From Auanema rhodensis (Eukaryota; Animalia; Nematoda), in NCBI GenBank assembly GCA_964057225.1, contig OZ059894.1:11718001-11782000 (forward strand): a stretch of DNA of 64,000 nt, read 5' to 3'. The notes below the pieces were generated by a model, which ran no database searches, had not been told where the DNA came from, and worked only from the letters and a program-made list of their open reading frames with translations. Within the stretch, counting starts at the first letter, position 1. The number at the start of each line of letters is the position of its first letter. Positions 46,217-60,555 of the stretch are shown piece after piece. The translations under genes were made by a program, and so were the position numbers.

Positions 46217-46457
46217 AATGTTATATTCTTCATTATCAGTTATATCACTCTAAATCTTGTTGTTAATAGTTAGGACCACAAAGAAAACAACAGGAACAGT
46301 AACAAATGAAATGCCCAAACTTTACAGTGTTCGAGTTATTTACAGTATCTAAGACTACCTCTGTCGTGTTATTAGAGCAAACATTCGATTAACAACAACT
46401 TTTTTTTAGTTATCAAAGCTTTTTTATTTCTTCAAAAAATTTCAAATAAAATATAAA

Positions 46458-46576
46458 AGCTTACGACACCCGGGATTCCCAAGCCGTCTCCGATCCAAGT
46501 ACTAACCGGGCCCAACGTTGCTTGACTTGCCAGATCGGACGGGATGGCGTACTTTCAACGTGGTATGGTCGTAAGC
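46458..46576 (-). rRNA. 5S: 5S rRNA
   Basis: Array copy. Confidence 0.96.
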
Positions 46577-46718
46577 AATGTCATATTCTTCATTATCAGT
46601 TATATCACTCTAAATCTTGTTGTTAATAGATACGACCACAAAGAAAACAACAGGAACAGTAACAATAACAAAAAAAATTTTTTTTTCACCTATGTGTCTA
46701 AAGGTTAGCCATGTATCC

Positions 46719-46766
<48 letters not shown>

Positions 46767-47946
46767 ACAGTAAAAAGTCCAATCAAGAGAGAAATTTTTT
46801 CAACACATAGTTGTTTTTTTTTTAAATATCATTGTTTTTCCTCATAACTCGGTTTAAACTCGTTCTAACCCGTTGAAATACGTCTAGAAAGTCTTTATAA
46901 CATGCATATGTATGATAGAACTTCATATTTATTGTAATAGAAAATTTTATTTTCAGACGTCTTGGTTAACAATGATATGTTTTACCCCCTTATAATTTTT
47001 ATCATAATGTTCCTTATACGGAACGCTCAATGAAACTTGCTTCCAGAAAAATTTCTTTCTATTTTTTCTTCATATGTACGTAGATACTATAGAGAACTAT
47101 GATAGAAAACTTTAACATTCACGAAATCATCATTTCTCATTACGCTACGGAGGTTTAAAAAGCTGTGTTTTACCTTATAATAGACCGGAAAACCCTTGTG
47201 TTAAAACTGGACCGTTTTTACACATATAAAAATGTCCCGTATTCGGGACCCTAATGTAACTTTTGATTCCCTATATTTTTTTTCATGAAATTTACAATCT
47301 ACTGTAGAAAGAAGAATTATTTTTATAAAAACTGTAAATTTTTGAAAAATGAAAACAAAACGAAAACAAAAACAACTTTTTTTTGAACATTTTCTCACAC
47401 AAGGGTCCCCCCTTACCTACTTTTTTTCTCATTACTCGTTTCAACCTCATCCGATCACTCTGCAAACATGTTTAATCGTTCTAACTTGTTGAAATACGTC
47501 TTAAAAGTCTAAACAACATGCATATGCATAATAGAAACCACCCGAATAGGCCCCCACGCACTAAACGAGATATATACATTACCAGTATAGTAATAGAACA
47601 CATATTGAAGATTAATTCGATAAGAACAATTTATTGACGTAGAGAATGTTTGTTCCGAAAAACTACAATATTAAACTATAAAAGTAACAAAAGCGTAGAG
47701 GCAGCAAAGACATGAATAAACATAAATGTAAATACAGAATTACCAGGTAGTACATAAGTATGACAAAAAATTATAAGAAAGCCATGAAAATAGAAGGTTT
47801 GTGAACAAATGAGAGGTACATCTTTGATCGTATAGTCATTTCTAAACCGTTCGTATGCTGCAGCATCGTCATAAGCGTCACTCAAGTTGAATTTCCATGT
47901 GTACTACACGATTTTCATTCTTATTGTTACATTCTTTCCCTGAGGG

Positions 47947-48132
47947 AATGGGCCGTTCCCGCCAGCAGTGCAAGAGCGGGTCGACCCGTGAGGTGGAGCT
48001 AGCAAGCCAGCATCTACCTCAAGTCTCAAAAATCGGTTAACCTTATTGTGAACCAATGGAACACATATCGAAGGTTAATTCGATAAGAACGATTACTACA
48101 CTTTGATCTTAGCCAAAAGGCCGAGAAGCGAT
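47947..48132 (-). ncRNA. U2: U2 snRNA
   Basis: Array copy. Confidence 0.96.
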
Positions 48133-48574
48133 ACAGCATAGCCATGAGTATCAAAGACATCAAGCAAATGTATCGTACTTGTTACGAGTGCACTCTCTCA
48201 TTTGAATATAAAAGTGTGGTTTGACAATCTTGACTGTACAGGTCATAAATGGCTCATATAAACTGTGGATTTACTCAACTTTTGGACTTATTTTTTTCTT
48301 ATTCGAAGCGCTGCACTTTTTTCTATTCTTTTTATTCAAATACTTGTATATAGTTTTATATGTACGGTTGCAAAGTTTCCGAATATTTTATATATTTTTA
48401 TACAATAATTAGGAGAAGGTTAATACAATGAAATCTCCCAACTTTACAGTGTTTGTATTGCTTACAGTATCTAGAACAACCACTCTTGTAATATTAGAGC
48501 ACATATCAATCAACAACTTTTTCTAGTTATCAAAGCTTTTTTATTTCTTCAAGATATTTCAAATAAAATATAAA

Positions 48575-48693
48575 AGCTTACGACACCCGGGATTCCCAAG
48601 CCGTCTCCGATCCAAGTACTAACCGGGCCCAACGTTGCTTGACTTGCCAGATCGGACGGGATGGCGTACTTTCAACGTGGTATGGTCGTAAGC
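48575..48693 (-). rRNA. 5S: 5S rRNA
   Basis: Array copy. Confidence 0.96.
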
Positions 48694-48934
48694 AATGTTA
48701 TATTCTTCATTATCAGTTATATCACTCTAAATCTTGTTGTTAATAGTTAGGACCACAAAGAAAACAACAGGAACAGTAACAAATGAAATGCCCAAACTTT
48801 ACAGTGTTCGAGTTATTTACAGTATCTAAGACTACCTCTGTCGTGTTATTAGAGCAAACATTCGATTAACAACAACTTTTTTTTAGTTATCAAAGCTTTT
48901 TTATTTCTTCAAAAAATTTCAAATAAAATATAAA

Positions 48935-49053
48935 AGCTTACGACACCCGGGATTCCCAAGCCGTCTCCGATCCAAGTACTAACCGGGCCCAACGTTGCTT
49001 GACTTGCCAGATCGGACGGGATGGCGTACTTTCAACGTGGTATGGTCGTAAGC
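48935..49053 (-). rRNA. 5S: 5S rRNA
   Basis: Array copy. Confidence 0.96.
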
Positions 49054-49195
49054 AATGTCATATTCTTCATTATCAGTTATATCACTCTAAATCTTGTTGT
49101 TAATAGATACGACCACAAAGAAAACAACAGGAACAGTAACAATAACAAAAAAAATTTTTTTTTCACCTATGTGTCTAAAGGTTAGCCATGTATCC

Positions 49196-49245
<50 letters not shown>

Positions 49246-50425
49246 ACAGTAAAAAGTCCAATCAAGAGAGAAATTTTTTCAACACATAGTTGTTTTTTTT
49301 TTAAATATCATTGTTTTTCCTCATAACTCGGTTTAAACTCGTTCTAACCCGTTGAAATACGTCTAGAAAGTCTTTATAACATGCATATGTATGATAGAAC
49401 TTCATATTTATTGTAATAGAAAATTTTATTTTCAGACGTCTTGGTTAACAATGATATGTTTTACCCCCTTATAATTTTTATCATAATGTTCCTTATACGG
49501 AACGCTCAATGAAACTTGCTTCCAGAAAAATTTCTTTCTATTTTTTCTTCATATGTACGTAGATACTATAGAGAACTATGATAGAAAACTTTAACATTTA
49601 CGAAATCATCATTTCTCATTACGCTACGGAGGTTTAAAAAGCTGTGTTTTACCTTATAATAGACCGGAAAACCCTTGTGTTAAAACTGGACCGTTTTTAC
49701 ACATATAAAAATGTCCCGTATTCGGGACCCTAATGTAACTTTTGATTCCCTATATTTTTTTTCATGAAATTTACAATCTACTGTAGAAAGAAGAATTATT
49801 TTTATAAAAACTGTAAATTTTTGAAAAATGAAAACAAAACGAAAACAAAAACAACTTTTTTTTGAACATTTTCTCACACAAGGGTCCCCCCTTACCTACT
49901 TTTTTTCTCATTACTCGTTTCAACCTCATCCGATCACTCTGCAAACATGTTTAATCGTTCTAACTTGTTGAAATACGTCTTAAAAGTCTAAACAACATGC
50001 ATATGCATAATAGAAACCACCCGAATAGGCCCCCACGCACTAAACGAGATATATACATTACCAGTATAGTAATAGAACACATATTGAAGATTAATTCGAT
50101 AAGAACAATTTATTGACGTAGAGAATGTTTGTTCCGAAAAACTACAATATTAAACTATAAAAGTAACAAAAGCGTAGAGGCAGCAAAGACATGAATAAAC
50201 ATAAATGTAAATACAGAATTACCAGGTAGTACATAAGTATGACAAAAAATTATAAGAAAGCCATGAAAATAGAAGGTTTGTGAACAAATGAGAGGTACAT
50301 CTTTGATCGTATAGTCATTTCTAAACCGTTCGTATGCTGCAGCATCGTCATAAGCGTCACTCAAGTTGAATTTCCATGTGTACTACACGATTTTCATTCT
50401 TATTGTTACATTCTTTCCCTGAGGG

Positions 50426-50611
50426 AATGGGCCGTTCCCGCCAGCAGTGCAAGAGCGGGTCGACCCGTGAGGTGGAGCTAGCAAGCCAGCATCTACCTCA
50501 AGTCTCAAAAATCGGTTAACCTTATTGTGAACCAATGGAACACATATCGAAGGTTAATTCGATAAGAACGATTACTACACTTTGATCTTAGCCAAAAGGC
50601 CGAGAAGCGAT
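50426..50611 (-). ncRNA. U2: U2 snRNA
   Basis: Array copy. Confidence 0.96.
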
Positions 50612-51053
50612 ACAGCATAGCCATGAGTATCAAAGACATCAAGCAAATGTATCGTACTTGTTACGAGTGCACTCTCTCATTTGAATATAAAAGTGTGGTT
50701 TGACAATCTTGACTGTACAGGTCATAAATGGCTCATATAAACTGTGGATTTACTCAACTTTTGGACTTATTTTTTTCTTATTCGAAGCGCTGCACTTTTT
50801 TCTATTCTTTTTATTCAAATACTTGTATATAGTTTTATATGTACGGTTGCAAAGTTTCCGAATATTTTATATATTTTTATACAATAATTAGGAGAAGGTT
50901 AATACAATGAAATCTCCCAACTTTACAGTGTTTGTATTGCTTACAGTATCTAGAACAACCACTCTTGTAATATTAGAGCACATATCAATCAACAACTTTT
51001 TCTAGTTATCAAAGCTTTTTTATTTCTTCAAGATATTTCAAATAAAATATAAA

Positions 51054-51172
51054 AGCTTACGACACCCGGGATTCCCAAGCCGTCTCCGATCCAAGTACTA
51101 ACCGGGCCCAACGTTGCTTGACTTGCCAGATCGGACGGGATGGCGTACTTTCAACGTGGTATGGTCGTAAGC
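51054..51172 (-). rRNA. 5S: 5S rRNA
   Basis: Array copy. Confidence 0.96.
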
Positions 51173-51413
51173 AATGTTATATTCTTCATTATCAGTTATA
51201 TCACTCTAAATCTTGTTGTTAATAGTTAGGACCACAAAGAAAACAACAGGAACAGTAACAAATGAAATGCCCAAACTTTACAGTGTTCGAGTTATTTACA
51301 GTATCTAAGACTACCTCTGTCGTGTTATTAGAGCAAACATTCGATTAACAACAACTTTTTTTTAGTTATCAAAGCTTTTTTATTTCTTCAAAAAATTTCA
51401 AATAAAATATAAA

Positions 51414-51532
51414 AGCTTACGACACCCGGGATTCCCAAGCCGTCTCCGATCCAAGTACTAACCGGGCCCAACGTTGCTTGACTTGCCAGATCGGACGGGA
51501 TGGCGTACTTTCAACGTGGTATGGTCGTAAGC
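51414..51532 (-). rRNA. 5S: 5S rRNA
   Basis: Array copy. Confidence 0.96.
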
Positions 51533-51687
51533 AATGTCATATTCTTCATTATCAGTTATATCACTCTAAATCTTGTTGTTAATAGATACGACCACAAAGA
51601 AAACAACAGGAACAGTAACAATAACAAAAAAAATTTTTTTTTCACCTATGTGTCTAAAGGTTAGCCATGTATCCGTTTATATATATA

Positions 51688-52384
51688 CAGTCCTGTGCGA
51701 AATAGTTGGGACACTCACTAGAATCCCTTATACCTTCTCAGACAAACTACAAAAAATCAGAAAAAATATATTTTGAGTGTTAAAAAATGATAATGAACTT
51801 AGAAAAAATTTAAAAAAATCAAAAAATTATGTTTAAAAGTATTTTCCGGAGTCTCCGAAATTTTCATAAACTGCTTGAAGTCTTCTTTTTTGAATTTCAG
51901 AAGTTTCATCAAGACTTCAGAAACAATTTTTTTATAGAATGTTAGGAGTACACTAAACGTCATTTTTTCTTTTGAACGGGAGAATTTGGTTGTATGTTAA
52001 CCAAGTTATCTTCATAGATATTCAGTAAGATTCAGATGCTGAAGCTTACTTGTTTGAAGCTATGCCATAGGAAAAACTTAGTTATTGATTGAGCTTTGTG
52101 CTAAGAATCATTTTAGAATATTTTTTAATGAATTAACATGTTCCTAATCTCAAATTTTGTTAAATCAAAAGGGATTATTCAAAATAGTTAAAAAACACTA
52201 AATTTCCTTATAAATTTAGAAAACAATATTGAAATCAGTTTTAGTTATATTAACATATATTTTGACTGAATATAAACTATATGAACTCGCAAAATTTTTG
52301 AAATTAAAAAAAAATTTTTTTTGTAGTTTGAAGGGGTTTTCTGGGGCCTCTAACATAGGGGTGTCCCAACTATTTCGCACAGGA

Positions 52385-52387
<3 letters not shown>
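51688..52387. mobile_element. 700-bp MITE, Tc1/mariner-type, copy 1
   Basis: Perfect 27-bp TIR CAGTCCTGTGCGAAATAGTTGGGACAC, flanked by TA inside the (TA)n tract. Subterminal inverted CAAACTACAAAAAA. AT-rich, no transposase. Confidence 0.92.
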
Positions 52388-52422
<35 letters not shown>

Positions 52423-53602
52423 ACAGTAAAAAGTCCAATCAAGAGAGAAATTTTTTCAACACATAGTTGTTTTTTTTTTAAATATCATTGTTTTTCCTCA
52501 TAACTCGGTTTAAACTCGTTCTAACCCGTTGAAATACGTCTAGAAAGTCTTTATAACATGCATATGTATGATAGAACTTCATATTTATTGTAATAGAAAA
52601 TTTTATTTTCAGACGTCTTGGTTAACAATGATATGTTTTACCCCCTTATAATTTTTATCATAATGTTCCTTATACGGAACGCTCAATGAAACTTGCTTCC
52701 AGAAAAATTTCTTTCTATTTTTTCTTCATATGTACGTAGATACTATAGAGAACTATGATAGAAAACTTTAACATTTACGAAATCATCATTTCTCATTACG
52801 CTACGGAGGTTTAAAAAGCTGTGTTTTACCTTATAATAGACCGGAAAACCCTTGTGTTAAAACTGGACCGTTTTTACACATATAAAAATGTCCCGTATTC
52901 GGGACCCTAATGTAACTTTTGATTCCCTATATTTTTTTTCATGAAATTTACAATCTACTGTAGAAAGAAGAATTATTTTTATAAAAACTGTAAATTTTTG
53001 AAAAATGAAAACAAAACGAAAACAAAAACAACTTTTTTTTGAACATTTTCTCACACAAGGGTCCCCCCTTACCTACTTTTTTTCTCATTACTCGTTTCAA
53101 CCTCATCCGATCACTCTGCAAACATGTTTAATCGTTCTAACTTGTTGAAATACGTCTTAAAAGTCTAAACAACATGCATATGCATAATAGAAACCACCCG
53201 AATAGGCCCCCACGCACTAAACGAGATATATACATTACCAGTATAGTAATAGAACACATATTGAAGATTAATTCGATAAGAACAATTTATTGACGTAGAG
53301 AATGTTTGTTCCGAAAAACTACAATATTAAACTATAAAAGTAACAAAAGCGTAGAGGCAGCAAAGACATGAATAAACATAAATGTAAATACAGAATTACC
53401 AGGTAGTACATAAGTATGACAAAAAATTATAAGAAAGCCATGAAAATAGAAGGTTTGTGAACAAATGAGAGGTACATCTTTGATCGTATAGTCATTTCTA
53501 AACCGTTCGTATGCTGCAGCATCGTCATAAGCGTCACTCAAGTTGAATTTCCATGTGTACTACACGATTTTCATTCTTATTGTTACATTCTTTCCCTGAG
53601 GG

Positions 53603-53788
53603 AATGGGCCGTTCCCGCCAGCAGTGCAAGAGCGGGTCGACCCGTGAGGTGGAGCTAGCAAGCCAGCATCTACCTCAAGTCTCAAAAATCGGTTAACCTT
53701 ATTGTGAACCAATGGAACACATATCGAAGGTTAATTCGATAAGAACGATTACTACACTTTGATCTTAGCCAAAAGGCCGAGAAGCGAT
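53603..53788 (-). ncRNA. U2: U2 snRNA
   Basis: Array copy. Confidence 0.96.
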
Positions 53789-54230
53789 ACAGCATAGCCA
53801 TGAGTATCAAAGACATCAAGCAAATGTATCGTACTTGTTACGAGTGCACTCTCTCATTTGAATATAAAAGTGTGGTTTGACAATCTTGACTGTACAGGTC
53901 ATAAATGGCTCATATAAACTGTGGATTTACTCAACTTTTGGACTTATTTTTTTCTTATTCGAAGCGCTGCACTTTTTTCTATTCTTTTTATTCAAATACT
54001 TGTATATAGTTTTATATGTACGGTTGCAAAGTTTCCGAATATTTTATATATTTTTATACAATAATTAGGAGAAGGTTAATACAATGAAATCTCCCAACTT
54101 TACAGTGTTTGTATTGCTTACAGTATCTAGAACAACCACTCTTGTAATATTAGAGCACATATCAATCAACAACTTTTTCTAGTTATCAAAGCTTTTTTAT
54201 TTCTTCAAGATATTTCAAATAAAATATAAA

Positions 54231-54349
54231 AGCTTACGACACCCGGGATTCCCAAGCCGTCTCCGATCCAAGTACTAACCGGGCCCAACGTTGCTTGACT
54301 TGCCAGATCGGACGGGATGGCGTACTTTCAACGTGGTATGGTCGTAAGC
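54231..54349 (-). rRNA. 5S: 5S rRNA
   Basis: Array copy. Confidence 0.96.
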
Positions 54350-54590
54350 AATGTTATATTCTTCATTATCAGTTATATCACTCTAAATCTTGTTGTTAAT
54401 AGTTAGGACCACAAAGAAAACAACAGGAACAGTAACAAATGAAATGCCCAAACTTTACAGTGTTCGAGTTATTTACAGTATCTAAGACTACCTCTGTCGT
54501 GTTATTAGAGCAAACATTCGATTAACAACAACTTTTTTTTAGTTATCAAAGCTTTTTTATTTCTTCAAAAAATTTCAAATAAAATATAAA

Positions 54591-54709
54591 AGCTTACGAC
54601 ACCCGGGATTCCCAAGCCGTCTCCGATCCAAGTACTAACCGGGCCCAACGTTGCTTGACTTGCCAGATCGGACGGGATGGCGTACTTTCAACGTGGTATG
54701 GTCGTAAGC
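54591..54709 (-). rRNA. 5S: 5S rRNA
   Basis: Array copy. Confidence 0.96.
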
Positions 54710-54851
54710 AATGTCATATTCTTCATTATCAGTTATATCACTCTAAATCTTGTTGTTAATAGATACGACCACAAAGAAAACAACAGGAACAGTAACAATA
54801 ACAAAAAAAATTTTTTTTTCACCTATGTGTCTAAAGGTTAGCCATGTATCC

Positions 54852-54899
<48 letters not shown>

Positions 54900-56079
54900 A
54901 CAGTAAAAAGTCCAATCAAGAGAGAAATTTTTTCAACACATAGTTGTTTTTTTTTTAAATATCATTGTTTTTCCTCATAACTCGGTTTAAACTCGTTCTA
55001 ACCCGTTGAAATACGTCTAGAAAGTCTTTATAACATGCATATGTATGATAGAACTTCATATTTATTGTAATAGAAAATTTTATTTTCAGACGTCTTGGTT
55101 AACAATGATATGTTTTACCCCCTTATAATTTTTATCATAATGTTCCTTATACGGAACGCTCAATGAAACTTGCTTCCAGAAAAATTTCTTTCTATTTTTT
55201 CTTCATATGTACGTAGATACTATAGAGAACTATGATAGAAAACTTTAACATTCACGAAATCATCATTTCTCATTACGCTACGGAGGTTTAAAAAGCTGTG
55301 TTTTACCTTATAATAGACCGGAAAACCCTTGTGTTAAAACTGGACCGTTTTTACACATATAAAAATGTCCCGTATTCGGGACCCTAATGTAACTTTTGAT
55401 TCCCTATATTTTTTTTCATGAAATTTACAATCTACTGTAGAAAGAAGAATTATTTTTATAAAAACTGTAAATTTTTGAAAAATGAAAACAAAACGAAAAC
55501 AAAAACAACTTTTTTTTGAACATTTTCTCACACAAGGGTCCCCCCTTACCTACTTTTTTTCTCATTACTCGTTTCAACCTCATCCGATCACTCTGCAAAC
55601 ATGTTTAATCGTTCTAACTTGTTGAAATACGTCTTAAAAGTCTAAACAACATGCATATGCATAATAGAAACCACCCGAATAGGCCCCCACGCACTAAACG
55701 AGATATATACATTACCAGTATAGTAATAGAACACATATTGAAGATTAATTCGATAAGAACAATTTATTGACGTAGAGAATGTTTGTTCCGAAAAACTACA
55801 ATATTAAACTATAAAAGTAACAAAAGCGTAGAGGCAGCAAAGACATGAATAAACATAAATGTAAATACAGAATTACCAGGTAGTACATAAGTATGACAAA
55901 AAATTATAAGAAAGCCATGAAAATAGAAGGTTTGTGAACAAATGAGAGGTACATCTTTGATCGTATAGTCATTTCTAAACCGTTCGTATGCTGCAGCATC
56001 GTCATAAGCGTCACTCAAGTTGAATTTCCATGTGTACTACACGATTTTCATTCTTATTGTTACATTCTTTCCCTGAGGG

Positions 56080-56265
56080 AATGGGCCGTTCCCGCCAGCA
56101 GTGCAAGAGCGGGTCGACCCGTGAGGTGGAGCTAGCAAGCCAGCATCTACCTCAAGTCTCAAAAATCGGTTAACCTTATTGTGAACCAATGGAACACATA
56201 TCGAAGGTTAATTCGATAAGAACGATTACTACACTTTGATCTTAGCCAAAAGGCCGAGAAGCGAT
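56080..56265 (-). ncRNA. U2: U2 snRNA
   Basis: Array copy. Confidence 0.96.
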
Positions 56266-56707
56266 ACAGCATAGCCATGAGTATCAAAGACATCAAGCAA
56301 ATGTATCGTACTTGTTACGAGTGCACTCTCTCATTTGAATATAAAAGTGTGGTTTGACAATCTTGACTGTACAGGTCATAAATGGCTCATATAAACTGTG
56401 GATTTACTCAACTTTTGGACTTATTTTTTTCTTATTCGAAGCGCTGCACTTTTTTCTATTCTTTTTATTCAAATACTTGTATATAGTTTTATATGTACGG
56501 TTGCAAAGTTTCCGAATATTTTATATATTTTTATACAATAATTAGGAGAAGGTTAATACAATGAAATCTCCCAACTTTACAGTGTTTGTATTGCTTACAG
56601 TATCTAGAACAACCACTCTTGTAATATTAGAGCACATATCAATCAACAACTTTTTCTAGTTATCAAAGCTTTTTTATTTCTTCAAGATATTTCAAATAAA
56701 ATATAAA

Positions 56708-56826
56708 AGCTTACGACACCCGGGATTCCCAAGCCGTCTCCGATCCAAGTACTAACCGGGCCCAACGTTGCTTGACTTGCCAGATCGGACGGGATGGCGT
56801 ACTTTCAACGTGGTATGGTCGTAAGC
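56708..56826 (-). rRNA. 5S: 5S rRNA
   Basis: Array copy. Confidence 0.96.
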
Positions 56827-57067
56827 AATGTTATATTCTTCATTATCAGTTATATCACTCTAAATCTTGTTGTTAATAGTTAGGACCACAAAGAAAACAA
56901 CAGGAACAGTAACAAATGAAATGCCCAAACTTTACAGTGTTCGAGTTATTTACAGTATCTAAGACTACCTCTGTCGTGTTATTAGAGCAAACATTCGATT
57001 AACAACAACTTTTTTTTAGTTATCAAAGCTTTTTTATTTCTTCAAAAAATTTCAAATAAAATATAAA

Positions 57068-57186
57068 AGCTTACGACACCCGGGATTCCCAAGCCGTCTC
57101 CGATCCAAGTACTAACCGGGCCCAACGTTGCTTGACTTGCCAGATCGGACGGGATGGCGTACTTTCAACGTGGTATGGTCGTAAGC
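57068..57186 (-). rRNA. 5S: 5S rRNA
   Basis: Array copy. Confidence 0.96.
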
Positions 57187-57328
57187 AATGTCATATTCTT
57201 CATTATCAGTTATATCACTCTAAATCTTGTTGTTAATAGATACGACCACAAAGAAAACAACAGGAACAGTAACAATAACAAAAAAAATTTTTTTTTCACC
57301 TATGTGTCTAAAGGTTAGCCATGTATCC

Positions 57329-57378
<50 letters not shown>

Positions 57379-58558
57379 ACAGTAAAAAGTCCAATCAAGA
57401 GAGAAATTTTTTCAACACATAGTTGTTTTTTTTTTAAATATCATTGTTTTTCCTCATAACTCGGTTTAAACTCGTTCTAACCCGTTGAAATACGTCTAGA
57501 AAGTCTTTATAACATGCATATGTATGATAGAACTTCATATTTATTGTAATAGAAAATTTTATTTTCAGACGTCTTGGTTAACAATGATATGTTTTACCCC
57601 CTTATAATTTTTATCATAATGTTCCTTATACGGAACGCTCAATGAAACTTGCTTCCAGAAAAATTTCTTTCTATTTTTTCTTCATATGTACGTAGATACT
57701 ATAGAGAACTATGATAGAAAACTTTAACATTTACGAAATCATCATTTCTCATTACGCTACGGAGGTTTAAAAAGCTGTGTTTTACCTTATAATAGACCGG
57801 AAAACCCTTGTGTTAAAACTGGACCGTTTTTACACATATAAAAATGTCCCGTATTCGGGACCCTAATGTAACTTTTGATTCCCTATATTTTTTTTCATGA
57901 AATTTACAATCTACTGTAGAAAGAAGAATTATTTTTATAAAAACTGTAAATTTTTGAAAAATGAAAACAAAACGAAAACAAAAACAACTTTTTTTTGAAC
58001 ATTTTCTCACACAAGGGTCCCCCCTTACCTACTTTTTTTCTCATTACTCGTTTCAACCTCATCCGATCACTCTGCAAACATGTTTAATCGTTCTAACTTG
58101 TTGAAATACGTCTTAAAAGTCTAAACAACATGCATATGCATAATAGAAACCACCCGAATAGGCCCCCACGCACTAAACGAGATATATACATTACCAGTAT
58201 AGTAATAGAACACATATTGAAGATTAATTCGATAAGAACAATTTATTGACGTAGAGAATGTTTGTTCCGAAAAACTACAATATTAAACTATAAAAGTAAC
58301 AAAAGCGTAGAGGCAGCAAAGACATGAATAAACATAAATGTAAATACAGAATTACCAGGTAGTACATAAGTATGACAAAAAATTATAAGAAAGCCATGAA
58401 AATAGAAGGTTTGTGAACAAATGAGAGGTACATCTTTGATCGTATAGTCATTTCTAAACCGTTCGTATGCTGCAGCATCGTCATAAGCGTCACTCAAGTT
58501 GAATTTCCATGTGTACTACACGATTTTCATTCTTATTGTTACATTCTTTCCCTGAGGG

Positions 58559-58744
58559 AATGGGCCGTTCCCGCCAGCAGTGCAAGAGCGGGTCGACCCG
58601 TGAGGTGGAGCTAGCAAGCCAGCATCTACCTCAAGTCTCAAAAATCGGTTAACCTTATTGTGAACCAATGGAACACATATCGAAGGTTAATTCGATAAGA
58701 ACGATTACTACACTTTGATCTTAGCCAAAAGGCCGAGAAGCGAT
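58559..58744 (-). ncRNA. U2: U2 snRNA
   Basis: Array copy. Confidence 0.96.
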
Positions 58745-59186
58745 ACAGAATAGCCATGAGTATCAAAGACATCAAGCAAATGTATCGTACTTGTTACGAG
58801 TGCACTCTCTCATTTGAATATAAAAGTGTGGTTTGACAATCTTGACTGTACAGGTCATAAATGGCTCATATAAACTGTGGATTTACTCAACTTTTGGACT
58901 TATTTTTTTCTTATTCGAAGCGCTGCACTTTTTTCTATTCTTTTTATTCAAATACTTGTATATAGTTTTATATGTACGGTTGCAAAGTTTCCGAATATTT
59001 TATATATTTTTATACAATAATTAGGAGAAGGTTAATACAATGAAATCTCCCAACTTTACAGTGTTTGTATTGCTTACAGTATCTAGAACAACCACTCTTG
59101 TAATATTAGAGCACATATCAATCAACAACTTTTTCTAGTTATCAAAGCTTTTTTATTTCTTCAAGATATTTCAAATAAAATATAAA

Positions 59187-59305
59187 AGCTTACGACACCC
59201 GGGATTCCCAAGCCGTCTCCGATCCAAGTACTAACCGGGCCCAACGTTGCTTGACTTGCCAGATCGGACGGGATGGCGTACTTTCAACGTGGTATGGTCG
59301 TAAGC
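59187..59305 (-). rRNA. 5S: 5S rRNA
   Basis: Array copy. Confidence 0.96.
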
Positions 59306-59546
59306 AATGTTATATTCTTCATTATCAGTTATATCACTCTAAATCTTGTTGTTAATAGTTAGGACCACAAAGAAAACAACAGGAACAGTAACAAATGAAA
59401 TGCCCAAACTTTACAGTGTTCGAGTTATTTACAGTATCTAAGACTACCTCTGTCGTGTTATTAGAGCAAACATTCGATTAACAACAACTTTTTTTTAGTT
59501 ATCAAAGCTTTTTTATTTCTTCAAAAAATTTCAAATAAAATATAAA

Positions 59547-59665
59547 AGCTTACGACACCCGGGATTCCCAAGCCGTCTCCGATCCAAGTACTAACCGGGC
59601 CCAACGTTGCTTGACTTGCCAGATCGGACGGGATGGCGTACTTTCAACGTGGTATGGTCGTAAGC
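59547..59665 (-). rRNA. 5S: 5S rRNA
   Basis: Array copy. Confidence 0.96.
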
Positions 59666-59820
59666 AATGTCATATTCTTCATTATCAGTTATATCACTCT
59701 AAATCTTGTTGTTAATAGATACGACCACAAAGAAAACAACAGGAACAGTAACAATAACAAAAAAAATTTTTTTTTCACCTATGTGTCTAAAGGTTAGCCA
59801 TGTATCCGTTTATATATATA

Positions 59821-60517
59821 CAGTCCTGTGCGAAATAGTTGGGACACTCACTAGAATCCCTTATACCTTCTCAGACAAACTACAAAAAATCAGAAAAAAT
59901 ATATTTTGAGTGTTAAAAAATGATAATGAACTTAGAAAAAATTTAAAAAAATCAAAAAATTATGTTTAAAAGTATTTTCCGGAGTCTCCGAAATTTTCAT
60001 AAACTGCTTGAAGTCTTCTTTTTTGAATTTCAGAAGTTTCATCAAGACTTCAGAAACAATTTTTTTATAGAATGTTAGGAGTACACTAAACGTCATTTTT
60101 TCTTTTGAACGGGAGAATTTGGTTGTATGTTAACCAAGTTATCTTCATAGATATTCAGTAAGATTCAGATGCTGAAGCTTACTTGTTTGAAGCTATGCCA
60201 TAGGAAAAACTTAGTTATTGATTGAGCTTTGTGCTAAGAATCATTTTAGAATATTTTTTAATGAATTAACATGTTCCTAATCTCAAATTTTGTTAAATCA
60301 AAAGGGATTATTCAAAATAGTTAAAAAACACTAAATTTCCTTATAAATTTAGAAAACAATATTGAAATCAGTTTTAGTTATATTAACATATATTTTGACT
60401 GAATATAAACTATATGAACTCGCAAAATTTTTGAAATTAAAAAAAAATTTTTTTTGTAGTTTGAAGGGGTTTTCTGGGGCCTCTAACATAGGGGTGTCCC
60501 AACTATTTCGCACAGGA

Positions 60518-60520
<3 letters not shown>
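59821..60520. mobile_element. 700-bp MITE, Tc1/mariner-type, copy 2
   Basis: Same sequence, TIRs and position in the (TA)n tract as copy 1. Confidence 0.92.

Positions 60521-60555
<35 letters not shown>

Noticed and set aside
51573-52429. ORFs overlapping the MITE ends
   Set aside because: Short and AT-rich, with no DDE/D transposase motifs.
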